Origin: Lepidodermella squamata
Taxonomy: Eukaryota > Animalia > Gastrotricha
Assembly: GCA_047495785.1 (NCBI GenBank)
Contig: JBLDXI010000060.1
Span: 62,001-126,000 of the forward strand
Length of the DNA: 64,000 bases
Reading direction: 5' to 3'
The notes beneath the pieces were generated by a model. It was not told the DNA's origin. It worked only from the letters and a program-made list of their open reading frames with translations, and did no database searches. Position numbers and translations under genes: made by a program. This document shows, in pieces, positions 1 to 12,960 of the stretch. Position 1 is the first letter of the stretch, and every line of letters starts with the position of its first letter.

Positions 1-1
1 T

Positions 2-1688
2 GAGTAGTTCCGTTGGATAGTACTGACGAAGATTCGGATTATCGACAGAATCGGCGCTCAGGTAAACCAATTCCTTTTGAGGTAGATCTTTCAAGATTCG
101 CTCGTTCAACAAATCGACCTCGTCGTTGCGAGTAGCCAAAAGACAACGTTCGGCCAAGTACTGAGGCTCATTGTAGCGGGTCGGCAAATCACCGTAAATG
201 GCGGAAATAAGATCGTTCAAATTGTTCACGTTTCTTATCGGCTCCGGTAGGGTTATCAAGTCAGGCTCCAATCCGACAGGTCCTTCAGCTAAGCCATCGC
301 CGACTCGCAAAAGCCATTCGGGGAAACCGGCGACAGCAGGATCATCAATAACTCGCATGTTCTTCGACAAAGTTAATTTCCGAACCTGAGGCCAGAAATG
401 AGATCGAGAAAGCGATTGTTCAACGATACGATGGCGACCACCCTTTGGAACAACAGGTAGACACTGTCGAAAATCACCACCGATAACAACTGTTAGCCCG
501 CCAAACAGTGACTGATTTTGTCTGATATCCTTCAAAGTTCGATTGACGGCCTCGAAGATGTAGCGACTCATCATAGGCCCTTCATCCCAGATTAGAAGTT
601 TTGCTCGACGAATCAATTCAGCCAGAGCCGACTGCGCTGATATGGAGCATGTAGACGACTCGTGAATGTTGATGGGAATTTTAAAACGGAAATGAGCTGT
701 TCTGCCACCGGTCAACAACAGGGCTGCTATCCCAGAAGAGGCGCAGGCAAGGGCGATTTCACCTCGAGAGCGAACCGAGGCAAGCAGTAAATTGAATAGA
801 TAGGTTTTACCGCAACCACCATGAGCTTGCAGCATGAAAACATTAGGCTCGTTATGGAATACAGCGTTCTCGATTTCGTCCTTAGCCGTCCGTTGTTCGT
901 CATTAAGCAGAGGCGTTTTCTCGAGGACAAACGCTTTTAATTGCTCGCGATCATATTCGGTCTCCTCTCGTATCAATTCGAACATTTGCGCCTCGGCGGC
1001 AGCTAGAGGCATCTGAGGGAAATCTGAGAGCGACTTGCTGTGGTAATTAAGGCTTAACTCGATTTGAGCCAGGGCTCGATTGCGAATTCGATCGGTGATG
1101 TGATTAATGCCGTCGTTATGCATGAAATCTTCGCAAAAATGTGTCTCGAATTGCTGCCAAAGTAAATGCGGGTTGGGAGGATTCGAATAGATAAGATGCA
1201 TTGCAAACAATTTTCGCAGTTGTCCTGGCATCTGAAATTGCACGGCCTCGAGTAAACTGTGTTCAACTTCATCATCATTTTCCACGAGATTTCGAGCTCG
1301 GCATGCGTCGATGAAAGTAGGGTGAACAGTTCCAGCAACAGTTCTCAAAGCCTCGAAAGAAGTGGGACCTTTAACCACGTGCAGCAGTAGTCGCAGGTAG
1401 TAAATTTCTTGATGGGGCGAGCAGGTATAAACACGACCGACGTTGCCATGACCCTTTTCCCTGGGTTTCCATTGCCTAATCTTGGGATGCCACGTGAATT
1501 CGCGACAAATTTCGGGGTAGGTAAATCGTCTGGCTCGCGGATCATTTCGGCAGATTTCGAAGAATGCGGTCAATTTAGTTCGACCTAACAAAGTGAGATC
1601 AGGATTAGCTTTTTTCGGGTCGAATGTAACACGCTGTTGATCAGGGAGATGTAAGTCGAGGCGGCAAATAGCGGGAAACTCGCATATT
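2..1688 (-). mobile_element. Helitron RepHel coding region (Rep-helicase linker plus PIF1 helicase); open frame runs off the left edge
   Basis: Manual minus-strand translation gives FPAICRLDLHLPDQQRVTF, TKLTAFF, YYLRLLLHVVKGPTSFEALRTV, Walker A HGGCGKTY, ASSGIAALLLTGGRTAH, IWDEGPM, FGGLTVVIGGDFRQCLPVV, LSKNMRV and RCLLATRN. These are canonical Helitron PIF1 motifs. No stop codon seen down to position 2, which is why the ORF track misses it. Confidence 0.93.
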
Positions 1689-2233
1689 TAGTTTTGATAT
1701 CTGCTAATATCTCGAGCACGAAAGCGTAAAGCCGCAGTTTCTGCAGATTGGGTCATTCAGGGAAAAGAAGCAAGGCATGACAGACTTGCTTTTGAACGAC
1801 TCGAGTTGGTGTACCGAAGAAACGATACATGTATGCTTTTGTTGGCAAATTACTCTTCATTATTATAATAGGATTTTAGGAGAGATTGAGTTTGGAGAAG
1901 AGCGAGCTTTGCTAGAGCTAAAGCTGGACAGCGGCTGGTCCAATGAAATGCTTTGAAAATTTGCATACGATGGAATTTCGCGCTTCGACCAGAGAAACTG
2001 GAGAACCAAAGGCCCGGCGGTACTGTATTGCAAAGTACAGTTCTCGCAGCTGTAAATAGTTGTACAGCTGGTTGAAACTGTACAGTCGTGTACAGTGCGT
2101 CGTATGTACTGCATATTGCTCTAGGGGACAGCTCACATATTACAATTATGTTACATAATTCCCCTAGGGGAAAACTTCACATATTGACAGTTTAAGGCGG
2201 ATTTTTTTAAATGCGAGCGAAGCGAGCCATGAT

Positions 2234-2293
2234 CCAAAATCCTTGCCCCGCCGTAAGAGCGAGCGGAGCGAGCATTACGGGGCAAGGATTTTG
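2234..2293. repeat. GC-rich hairpin with GCGAGCG(A/G)AGCGAGC motif, probably part of a non-autonomous element
   Basis: CCAAAATCCTTGCCCCG...CGGGGCAAGGATTTTGG arms flank GCGAGCGGAGCGAGC. Related motifs recur near 2214, 5678-5701, 5768, 6140 and 17868. Confidence 0.6.
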
Positions 2294-3249
2294 GGACGAG
2301 CGTAGCGAGGCACCGAGCGAGACGAGAAAGCAGCGATTAATTTTTGTCGCAGTCGAGCGAAGCGAGAAAAGTAACCAACAACTAGTTTCTTCCTTCCGCT
2401 AGATAAAGGCGACCAGCGACTGTTTTACGCTTCTCAACGACGATCTCACTGGTGGGTATAACACTGTCAGGTAAAAAGAGCCCGAAACAAAACGAAATCG
2501 GTCACTTCCAAGCTTGAAACGAGTCGAAGCAGGAGTGAAACGAGGCGCAGCCAAGTGTAACGAATGCGGAGACGAGTTTCAACATTTTCGAATTTTTCGA
2601 AGGCCCACTTTTTCCAAGATAATACATGTACGAGATACACGTGAAAATACTTCACGCCTCTTTCTTTCGCCTTCGCCCTCTTCAAAACCGGAACCGGAAT
2701 TATTATTAAAATTCAATTATAAAAGTCTTTTTCATTCCTAACTTTCTTTTTAATCATCAAAATCCGAATCATAGCTAACGGAATTGTTCTTCTTCAGACC
2801 TGAAGTGTCAAAAATTGCGCGATGATCAGACTGCTTGCCACTCCAAACGGTTGATACGGGGGGCTTAATACTACTTGTTTTAGGTAATTTTAGGTAATTT
2901 TGGGTAGTAATTTTAGGAATTATTTCACTTTACAGCATTTCCAGAAGATCGGCCATCAAAGCATCCAAAAGTGTAGGATAGAGGAATGGGCGAATTTCTC
3001 AAGCTGGGTGGAGCTCCAGAGGGAACCTTCTTGAACGCGGCGGGTGAAAGGGAATATATCTTCCAAGGCCATTTGGCTTCATAGCCGTCTCGCATCTCGC
3101 GCACAGACTGTCTTCAGCTCATTCTCGTAGCGAAACCATACATCTTCTGACCAAGGTAGATAGTCACCTTTGATGCTTGGTTTCGCTCCGAGATCGAAGA
3201 AGTAACATTGACGTCGTTTTTGCTGTAGCTCTATATTATATGGTCATTT

Positions 3250-3530
3250 GACTGTACTGAGGGTACGGCTCGTCGGGCTGAACAACTAGTACAGTTATTT
3301 GGACTGTATCTCACGCTACAGTCAATAGTAGCTGTAATTACTAGTACAGCTAAACGAACTGTACTTGCAGTACAGCCTAATTGAGCTGTAATCGCAGTAC
3401 AGTAAGATGAACTGTACTCGCTGTACAGCTCGAGTGGACTGTACCGTTCGTACAGCATTGGAGACTGTAACTAGGATTACAGCCTAAAAATACTGTACTT
3501 GGGAGTACAGGAGTTTTTTTGCCTAAAGTG
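3250..3530. mobile_element. Probable CACT-type (EnSpm/CMC) element terminus with subterminal ACTGTA/TACAG repeats
   Basis: Many alternating CTGTA/TACAG motifs end in TTTTTTTGCCTAAAGTG (reverse complement CACTTTAGGCAAAAAAA). A similar motif patch lies at about 2010-2110. Confidence 0.5.
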
Positions 3531-4928
3531 CGGGTTCTTCCGCGACGTGAACGCACTGCTTAGCATATGCACACATGAAATATGACTAAAATTCTAGAGT
3601 TTTTAATTCAATTATTCATCCCCTAATAGCATACCGCTGAATTCGGGAGATGCTCAATTAGTATGGTATGAATTCATAACTCTGAAAAACAGCACTTTGC
3701 AACCCCTGATTTCAGGGCCTACCCCTAAATTCGGATGGAGCATCCCCTGATTTCGGACCATATTTTTTTCTAGTGCTAGAGATGGCGATGGCCAATCGCG
3801 TTAGTATTAGTGGTTTTACACCCTCGAATGCGTTATGCTAACCGAGAAAAGACATCGGATTTGTTCCAGTAATAGCCCAGGGCTGAGGGGTTAACTCAGT
3901 TCAAAAACGTCAAAAATTAACCATTCGCAAAAACTTGATTCTTTGAATTCTTCAAAATTTCAAGGTTGAAATTTTAGAAGCCCGGGCTGCTCTCTACTGT
4001 AAAATAAAACAAATGCGGTACGCACTTTGTGTTTGCCGCTTGCCGCTTTCAACATGTAAAACTTGGATAGAGCTCGGAATAATTTCATAGACCTTGGATC
4101 GGGAATTAACCTATATAGAAAGGGTTTGCATGTTTTAATGCTGCGTATATCAATGATTGGATTAAAGAAGACTGGGTAGTATTTTTAGCGTTGAAATGGG
4201 CGTTTTATGGCGCCCAGAAAAAAATAGGAGGATCAGTTTAGGAGACCGATCCGGGTCGGAGAAAAACCATCTGATAATCAGTGACGACAAAATAATATCA
4301 AAATCGAGAAATAATATCAATATTACTCCCATCTATGAAATCACCAGTCACTCGTTTTGTCCTGCGCAAATGATTAGAATCCTCTAAATTTTTTATTCCT
4401 ATCCATCCCGAATTTTTATTGCAAACATAGTCGAGCCACATTTATTAAGAAAATTGAAACTCAGCAATCAACAGCCGAGTCAAATCCAAGTTCGCGGCAA
4501 ACTGCTTGCGTAGCATGCTGAATGTGACAGCTATCGCTATCCCATACGTGAAGCCTATCCATTGCATGGCCCGGGCGATTGATGCGGGCGGGATTTAGAC
4601 TTGGGCTAATATATTATCGGTTGGGCTGTTGTTGTAACAAATATGGTGAATCTAAAACCTTGTTGTCTTTTCTTTTAGACTGAACGAAAACCCATCGTGG
4701 CCCAAGATGGTTTCGCTTTTGTATATGTCTTAATGTCGAATGTCAGAGTCCGATGTTCTACGAACTGGGCACTGGATCAGGGATTTTACGGCTTGCCTCC
4801 AATCAACGCGAACAAAGATCGTTGTCCAAAGTTGAACTATGTTTCTGTTTCAAAATTGTGCCTAGCCTGCTGCTTTTGCTGTCGACTATTCTTATTGACT
4901 ATATTGAATCTATTATTGGCAAATCGGC

Positions 4929-4955
4929 AAATAATAATAATAATAATAATAATAA
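4929..4955. repeat. (AAT)n microsatellite
   Basis: Direct trinucleotide run. Confidence 0.9.
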
Positions 4956-5597
4956 TTTTGAAGTAAAACTTTGTTGAGCGAACGTCGTGTTTAGTCGTGT
5001 TGATAATGGTTTTTTAATCTTTTTCAGCAGCATCTCTTTATATTTGAACAGCATAGACTAATATAAGTGACTGGACACTCTTGCCTTTGTAATACTGCCG
5101 AAATTATTCGAATTTTCAATATAGAAGTCCTCAAGCACATTTTTAAGGAAATTTTTGAATTTTAGCCCTCACTATATCCTGGTGTTGCAACGACAGTTTT
5201 CATCGGCCGTAGTGGAGCCGTAGTCAAAAAGGCAGTAGCTCACAACCATATACATTCTGAAGCTGTGTCGTAAAAATTTTCCCAAAATTCACGGCTTTAA
5301 AAACTTTGAGAACTTGCAATTTGACCCACCTCAGATTCCAGAATGTTACTAATGGGATCGATGCAGAATTTTATGAGAGCTTTCTATTGATACCAGAATT
5401 ATTTGTCTATGTTGAACAGTAACAGTGCAGCAATATCAATGAAACTTTACTAGGGCGAATGTGACGGCGTCTCTTTATGGCAACCAGCAATAATTATTAG
5501 ATTTCGCGCTTTTCAGAGTGACCGGCAGCCCTTTAGAGCAGAGCGAAGCGGATTTATATGCAAAACGATCCGATCTTTGATCCCTAATTATCTACAT

Positions 5598-6330
5598 CAG
5601 TGTGTTTTTTAAGGAATCCAGTGGTGTTGACTTTATGTTTTTTGGTGTTGACATAAAGACATGGATAAAAAATCGTTCGCTCGCTCGCTGCGCTCGCTCG
5701 CGATATCCTCATTTGTCAATAATTCGATTCTGTTGATAGTGAGCAATGATTAGACATATGTAACCTTGCGAGCGCAGCGAGCTTAGGCTAACGGTTTTTC
5801 ACGTAATTTTGGCTGAAAGTAGTCTAAAATAGGATGTTTTTCGCGTCATGATGACGAATCTCTCCGCGAGGCACTCTAGCGACTTGCACGATGTTACCCG
5901 TGAGTAAACGTAAGAAAATATAAAAGCCATTAATAAATTTCACACATAATAAATCTCAGAAATGTTCTTGTTATTTTTCAATTCGGTGGACATTTTTCAG
6001 GAATAAGAGCTTAAATCAAAAGGGTTATTCTAAGGCGGTTCAATTCTCTCCCTAATTCGGCCGCAGGGTGCGATCTTGGATCCCGGAGCTGTCAAGAATG
6101 GAAATTGTATTTCCTGTATTTGCTAAACTCCACTAATAAGCGAGCGAAGCGAGAAAATTTTGAAGATTTCCAACTGAAACACGCTCCTAAACCTCTAAAA
6201 ATTAACAAACCAGTGGGATAAATTCTCATTTTGCTGTCTGGCCCGGGTGAAGCGCCTTTTTTTGGTGTTGACATTGACCCGCTTTGGTGTTGACATTGTC
6301 AACCATGTCCACCCCTTAAAAAAAACTCTG
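5598..6330. mobile_element. MITE with 7-bp TSD (P- or hAT-like)
   Basis: Imperfect TIRs CAGTGTGTTTTTTAAGG / CCTTAAAAAAAACTCTG. TSD TCTACAT at 5591-5597 and 6331-6337. Paired subterminal TGGTGTTGAC repeats at both ends. Confidence 0.8.
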
Positions 6331-6877
6331 TCTACATCAAAGCTACCTATTTATTGTTGATCGAGAAAACATTTAGCCTAGTGGCTTCTATTTCTCTTGC
6401 AATAAATAATAGGTTAAAAATATGCGCCCGCACAAGAGGCCGCATTTGCATAATATATGCTACACTAATAATAATAATAGTATAACGCCGACTGAAAATC
6501 GTTTAAATAGCTGTAGCTTAACCCCAGATGGTCCAAGTGCATCAATTTTTACATATTCTTCATCCTCGCATCAAGACGGTCATTTTGATACCGGTTTCGA
6601 GGCTAAATTCGGCAAATTAAGAAAATTTGTTTTCCCATGTGGGTATAGCATGGTTAAGCAACATTACTGCACGGCGCCGACGATTACCAAGCCGATTCTA
6701 GGGGCACTTCAGGGTGATTCATGGTGAAGACGGGCGAGTTGGGGACAGAGACAACCAAAAAACATGATATTTATCCTTATCATTACTTTTTATTTTATGA
6801 ATATATAGCAAATTGCTACAATTGCTAGTTTAGCTGTAAACAGATTACAACAAGTCGATGGCAATACAACGTGTTAT

Positions 6878-7876
6878 TTAGAATTCTAAGTATATCATCG
6901 AGTATAAGAGAGGGATCAACTGAATTAGAGACATACATTGAACTACATGTCCATTGTTATTCTCGTTTTTTGAGATATCGGGGTTATCTGCGGAGGATTT
7001 TGAAGGTGCGACTGCAATCGAAGTGGACTCTTTCAAAGGGCCAGTTATTTTCTGGACATCATTTCCACCGAGTCGTAATGCTTCCAAGCCATTCGACAGC
7101 TTTACGTTAGCTTTGCTCTTCAACCTTTCAGTAGCAACAGCCACCTTAGCTGCTATTTCACCCTCGGTCAGCTGTGTCAGACTGCGAAGTGCAACGATGT
7201 AGTCTGAGATGACGCTGCCCTTTCGGAAGCCAGTTATATTCACCCAAAGCACTTGGCAATCCAGCGACTGAGCCGTGTCATTCGCAATCTGCCAGATTAG
7301 GGGTTTCACGAACTGAGACAGGGCCAAGAAATTAGTAGAATCAGGTCGATTCAAGCTGACATCCCAAGGATCGGCATTAATTGTTATATTAGGCTCAGGT
7401 AACCAAAGAGAGTCTCCCATAATCGTCATATTCATAGTCAGCAAGTAGTCGTAATAGGTCGAAGGCTGATAAGGCTTTATGCTAGATTGCACTGTCGACT
7501 TTGACGCAGATGTACTCGCTTCTGTTTGCTGCGTAAAGGTTAAGGCATTCACTTGCGTTGTAGGAGTAGAATTGGACCCGATTTGTGTTGCAGACGTTGG
7601 GGAAAGTGAATTTGAATTAGCTTCGCTGCTTAACTGCGTAGCTGTAATAGGAGCTGTTGTGGGAGCTGTATAAGATGGGGATGATGTCCCTGTCGCTGAT
7701 GATGTTGCTTCGGTTGATACGGTTGCGTCAGTGAACGTTGTTGCTGCTGTGGATGCGCTAGCTGTTGCGCCACTGGTTGATGCACTAACTGAGCTAGTTG
7801 TCGAGCTTGTAGTAGTTGATGTGCTAACTGATGAAGTTGTGGTTACGGGTCCATTTGTGTAGAATTTGACTTGGTA
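6878..7876 (-). pseudogene. Orphaned 3' part of cell-surface gene A: Ser/Thr mucin stalk, SEA domain, hydrophobic (GPI-like) C-terminus
   Basis: Frame is open from 7876 (YQVKFYTNGPVTTTSS...) to the stop at 6878. SEA signature W..SL..PDSTNFLALS...VNITGFRKGSVISDYIV. In frame with the exon at 15217-15650 once the transposon is removed. Confidence 0.82.
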
Positions 7877-8810
7877 CCCAGATGAAAGTGGCTGGGCCTA
7901 TCATAGGCTGTTTAGGTCTAACTTAGCCCCAAAAAGTATAACCTAGGGCTAAGGTAGGGCTGCGATTGAAAATTAGCTCTAGAGTAGGCCTACGAAATAG
8001 GCAACTGAAATTTTAGGACTACAGTAGGTCTAAAATAGTGTTGGGACTAATTTAGGCCTGCAATTCCACATAAAAACCCGAGTTGCTTGTTACTGCAGGC
8101 CTGAAAAATTTTCACATTGCAAACAACGCTCACATACGTCAAGCTATGCAAAATAATGAAACTAATCAAGCTTGCACTGATTTTCATCGAACATTAGGTC
8201 AAATGCTAGGCTATTGGTGAGAAATTCTACTTACCCGGATTTGGGATATCGCTTTTTCGTTGAAATGATACTCGAGGACGTTAGACGACATCGGAAAAAA
8301 CGCGGCCAAGTCACCGAGCCAATAGGAGATCGAGACGCCAAAGCTAGGAAAAGAACAACCAGTCGCGCAAAACACGCAGAAAATAAACGAGAGAAATTTT
8401 GATTAAAAATCGAATGAATGATGTTGAAGCGTGAATAAAACAACAGCATTTCCAGCGATATTTTTTCTACTTTATTAATTCTAAGATTTGTAAAATTTAC
8501 AGGCACAAATTGTTCAAGTTTTTATACATCAATCACAAGTTTTCTCGTTACAATGAACCAACAGGATAATTTGAGCGAGTTTGATGATCCTCGTCGGTTT
8601 CAAATAGGAAGAAATACGAAATAACCGGGCAAGTGTCGCATATGGCTCTAACGTAAAAAATTGGCACGATAATAACATTTGTACGATAAAAATTTTATGG
8701 AGGAAGTGAGCAAGCAATTTTTGAAGTAGTTTTTTCAACAAAGTCATTTCAAAGTCATTTCAAAAAGTTTGGCAGAGCGCGCAGTAGATGAGAAACATTT
8801 CCACAGATTT

Positions 8811-9455
8811 CTAATTTTCCACCTCGTCTTCACTGGCAGCATACCAGGCTTCGCCCTGCTCCCGCTTGTTCAGAACCTCCCAAAACGTCATGCTGGACTC
8901 ACTGGTATGATAAGAGTACTCCTCGTCGATCGAGTCGAACAACTCGTCGTAGCTGGAGCCGCGCGATGTATCGTCGCTCTCCAGAGTGTCCTCAATCCAA
9001 CCGCCGAACAAGCCCGGCTTTAGCACCTTTTTCTTTTGCTTTACCGGTGATATCTGCATGTATTTTAGAACAAACTATAACACAAATTTTCACAATTTGT
9101 TTATTCAAACCTCGCATTTCATCCCCGCTGAATCATTTGCATCATTTGCATCATTTCCAGAGGCGCCGACCAGACGCTTCGGCGAGCTAGTCCAAGCAGG
9201 GTTCGACAGGAACGGGATGAGAGGCTGCTGTTCGGCTGCTGTTCGGAGATCGACGACTGCGTTTACGCTCTAAAAAGTTAATAATTCTTACAACTTATCA
9301 GATTTATTTCAGAAAATTACCGGTTCCTCGCTAGTATCGTCGGAGATTACTGTTGTTGAGTGCAATGTTGAGTGGGGCTGAAAAATAAAAAAATTTGAAA
9401 AATCGAACATTCAAATAAAAATTAAGGGCAACTTACGATTTCCATTTTTCCGTCA
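8811..9455 (-). CDS. Possible small multi-exon accessory gene within the transposon, function unknown
   Basis: Series of short GT..AG introns separating GC-richer segments. The last exon encodes an acidic tail (ORF 8811-9059). No recognisable domain. Confidence 0.3.
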
Positions 9456-9837
9456 TTTTGTCCGTCATTCCAATACAACGAGTAGAGCATTGTCGGGAAA
9501 ACTAGCGTTTCAGCAACCTGTTGACAATAACAATAAATAAATCATCAACACGTTCTATTTTCTCTTACTGTAATATTTTCCGAATAATCGCTCGTGTTAC
9601 TCTTCTTCGGGAGTGGCGACGAGGCTTCCGACTGGGCGGCAACTTGATCAAGGTGCCGTTTTTCGCAAACCTGTAGAAAATAGCTCAACTTGAGAAAAAT
9701 ATTGCAAAAAAATCTGAATACCCTTGAATCATCAGGCGCATAGAAGTTGCCATTAGATGCCATTTATATCAACAATTACTAATATTTTTGAAGTAAAATC
9801 TATTATAGGACAAATTGAAGTAATAATTAAGTAGATT

Positions 9838-12356
9838 TCAATTGATGTCACGGGCATCGACTAAATTCGGGTATTGAAAGATGAATTTGAACCCGCTCAC
9901 ACTGTAAAAATAGCAGAAGGAAACGCTATGTTGAAAAATGTTTATGAAATGGTCGCCACCTGAAGCGGTGACTTTGTGAATAACGCCGCGATAAGGCTCA
10001 ACTCTGAGCTCCGTTGCCCGCAGGTAGACGTTGTCAGCACGGTCGTGAACGGCGTATTTGACGAGGTAGAAACAACCGTCAACGTGGATGTAATCGCCTT
10101 TCTTGAAGACGAGAGAAAGATTGGGATCGACGCGTTGTCTCACCTTACACCACGTCTTCGGGTCGTCGTCGAAATCGATGCCAATACCTTCTTCAAGGGA
10201 TTCTTCCTTCGCTCGGCCGAACAGAACGGCAGAATGAGACATATTTCCAGTAACCAGAGTCACTGTTTTTGCTGTCGCCGAGGTGGATTCGCCGCTTCGA
10301 AGTAGATGCGTGAGCAATGTCTTCGATGAATCATCGAGATCTTGACGATGTAAGTGTTTGTTGAGAAAATTGATTACGGCGACTCGATTCGCCAATTGAG
10401 CGGGGATTTGGTTCGGGCTTTGTAGGGAGCGATTGGTAACACCTATAAAGTTTTCATAGGTAAAGGCAGAGAAAAGGCAGGGGGCTCCGTGGTTTCTTAT
10501 GCATTCTGGCATGTGCGAAAAAAGATGGACGTTGAAAGTCATCGATTTTAGGCCGTAGATCTCCTCGTACTGCTCGCACCACACGCTTATTTTCGGCTCG
10601 ATAGCCTCGACATCGGGATTCATATCAAGGCACATTAAAGCTATCTCGCTCAACTCGGCGAAAAGATCAGCCTCAACCGCTCGGTCCCCAGTCAGAACGC
10701 TCCGAATGGCGATAGGGCCAGGTCCTAGCAGAAAAACTTGGAAATGCTGAGCGTTCCAGTTGCCGATATTGCATCTGTCATCTAAAAATAAAATGATATA
10801 ATTCAATGAAACAAATGAAATCAATAATGAACGTTACCTTTGAACAGCTCAGGAAAGTAAGAATGGCTCATAGTGAATGCCTCTGATCGTTGGATCAAGC
10901 CTTCGATTGTCTTGAAATTTTGAACATAGTGCGGCGATTTTGGGTTGCACCAGTGCTTGAGTAGCATGTATCGAACAACTCCGAGCAGCAAGTTATGCAT
11001 CGGCTCAACGGGACACTGCTGAGTCGGGTCGAAACCAGGTATGTCAAGTATACACGACCAATCTTTGAGGCCATCGTGCACAACCCCAGTTTCCATGGCC
11101 AGTCGGGCAGCTTCTCGCCATGACTCGTCAGTTCTCGGCGCATAGTCACCATTCGGGTAAACGGTTTTACCGCCGTGCCGCACTCCTTCAATCATGCAAA
11201 AGGGGCAGCAGTAGTAACCCCCGTGGCCTTTTTGATCGAGCACCATGGCTCGGGCAGGGCTGTCCATGATGGCTAGATCGTGCTGCAGCTTGATCGTTAG
11301 GCCAGGTGAAACTTCCATCCCCTCCTCGCTCATCAAAGTCACATCGTGCACAAAGGGTCTGAGAATAAAATTCTTAGGGTGCCCAGCGCCAGTCCACACC
11401 ATTGAGAGAAATTTGAATGCAATGCCTGGAAAACTGCAGACCAACAGCCACGTGTTGCGCCCATAAGGGCTGAAGCCGTCAAAAAACCAACGAAATTTCA
11501 ATGTAACAACACCCTGGTCAGGTAGTTTATCCTTCAACTTTTGATAGACAGATTTCAGATGACTTCGCATGAAAAAATAGACGCCAACACCGCCTTGTTT
11601 ACACGAATTGCACTTACTAAAAGCACTGAACTGATCTTGATCATAGGTTCCAGAATCAGGACCGCATGAACAAGAAGCAAACTTTTGAGTTTCGGTAGCC
11701 AAGTTACCCTCGAAGAATTTGGACTGCAGAGTTGGTTTTGAGCCGACGGCGATAGAAAAATAAGGGACAGGCGATATAGCGTCCAAGATTGAAAAGATGT
11801 CCAGAACCATTCGCCATGGCATGTTATAGCGATAAAACAGTGCCATTACTTGCAAGAATATCGCTCCAACTGAAACTGCACACCCGGGGTAAAATGGTAC
11901 TCCATTCCATCGGCCGAGAAAGTCCCGATATTCATTCTCGTTATCAGATTCAGAGTCATCATCAGGTTCAGCAGAGCTATCAGAATGACCACCACCCGGG
12001 CTACCACCATCAAACTCCTGGTTATCTTCTTCGGTCGATTGATAATCATGAAGTGGTACCTCTTCCTGAGGAGGCTGGCTGTCATCTTGAGTCGCCGGAA
12101 CTCCGGTTTGATCTTCTGAATGACGAGATGAATGTGTGGTAAAAACTTCGTCATTGGGGTCGGCCTCATCCTCGGCTGTGCCTGGTACATCAGAAGCAGC
12201 GTCGAAAAACTCCTCTTCTTCCCATTCGTCTTGGTCAGACATTCGACGAGGTCGCTTTGAAGCGTTTTCTCGATTCTTCCGCTCTCGCTTTTCCTTGGTT
12301 CTGGTATTCTTACTTGAATCGACACCCTCGATGACTTTATCCAGCTTACTATTCAT
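9838..12356 (-). CDS. EnSpm/CMC-type DDE transposase, 2 exons (intron 10782-10837)
   Basis: Motifs FFDG, MDSPARAM..QKGHGGYYCCPFC, EPMHNLLLGV and NVHLFSHM..CIRNHG..CLFSAFTYENF. A 56-bp GT-AG intron joins ORFs 10821-12494 and 9838-10824 in frame (ELFK-DDRC). Start codon uncertain. Confidence 0.9.
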
Positions 12357-12960
12357 TTCGATTAACTGAATAACTGATAAACCTAAATAGAGAAGCATGT
12401 AAACCTGGCCATATGAGACGGAGAAAAAAAAGGAAAAGTGATGGCTAAAATAATTTGGTCTAAATTCAACTGTAAAATTCACGTGTGACATCACAGCATA
12501 CGAAACAGCGGAATTAACCTAAGCTATGGTTTGTTTGGTGTCATCTAAAGAGCAGCATTTCTGGGTATCATGCCTTTTGATCTGGCTCGCCGCGACTTTG
12601 CTCCGATGCTTCGCCTAAAATAATGTGTTTTCTTTTTTTCACATAAAATTATATTTTTCATAAATTCGCAAATTAAATTTTAATATTAATGATTAAACAA
12701 AAATAAAATATGATTTTCGCGCCAAAATTTGTCAAGCGGCCGGCGTGCTCGTTGAGCAGCGTGCTCGTGGTCGTTTCAGCTGAAGTTTCAAGTCCCCATC
12801 AAGATCCTGATACCCTGGTTTGTTACAGGAACACGGCGATATGTCCCTTTCTGGCCCATTCTTCCTTCCTTCCATCACACTCCATTATAACTTCAGAATT
12901 TTTAGCATTTCTTTCATTTCAGGTTTTTCCGGTAACTTTTTCAGTTTTACTTGCTTCGAT

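Noticed and set aside
198-1545. Short ORFs listed by the track in this interval
   Set aside because: They are shadow frames of the long Helitron helicase frame on the minus strand.
3250-3510. CRISPR-like repeat-spacer appearance of the TACAG/CTGTA patch
   Set aside because: Motifs are only 5-6 bp, alternate in orientation and are irregularly spaced. The context is eukaryotic with no cas genes.
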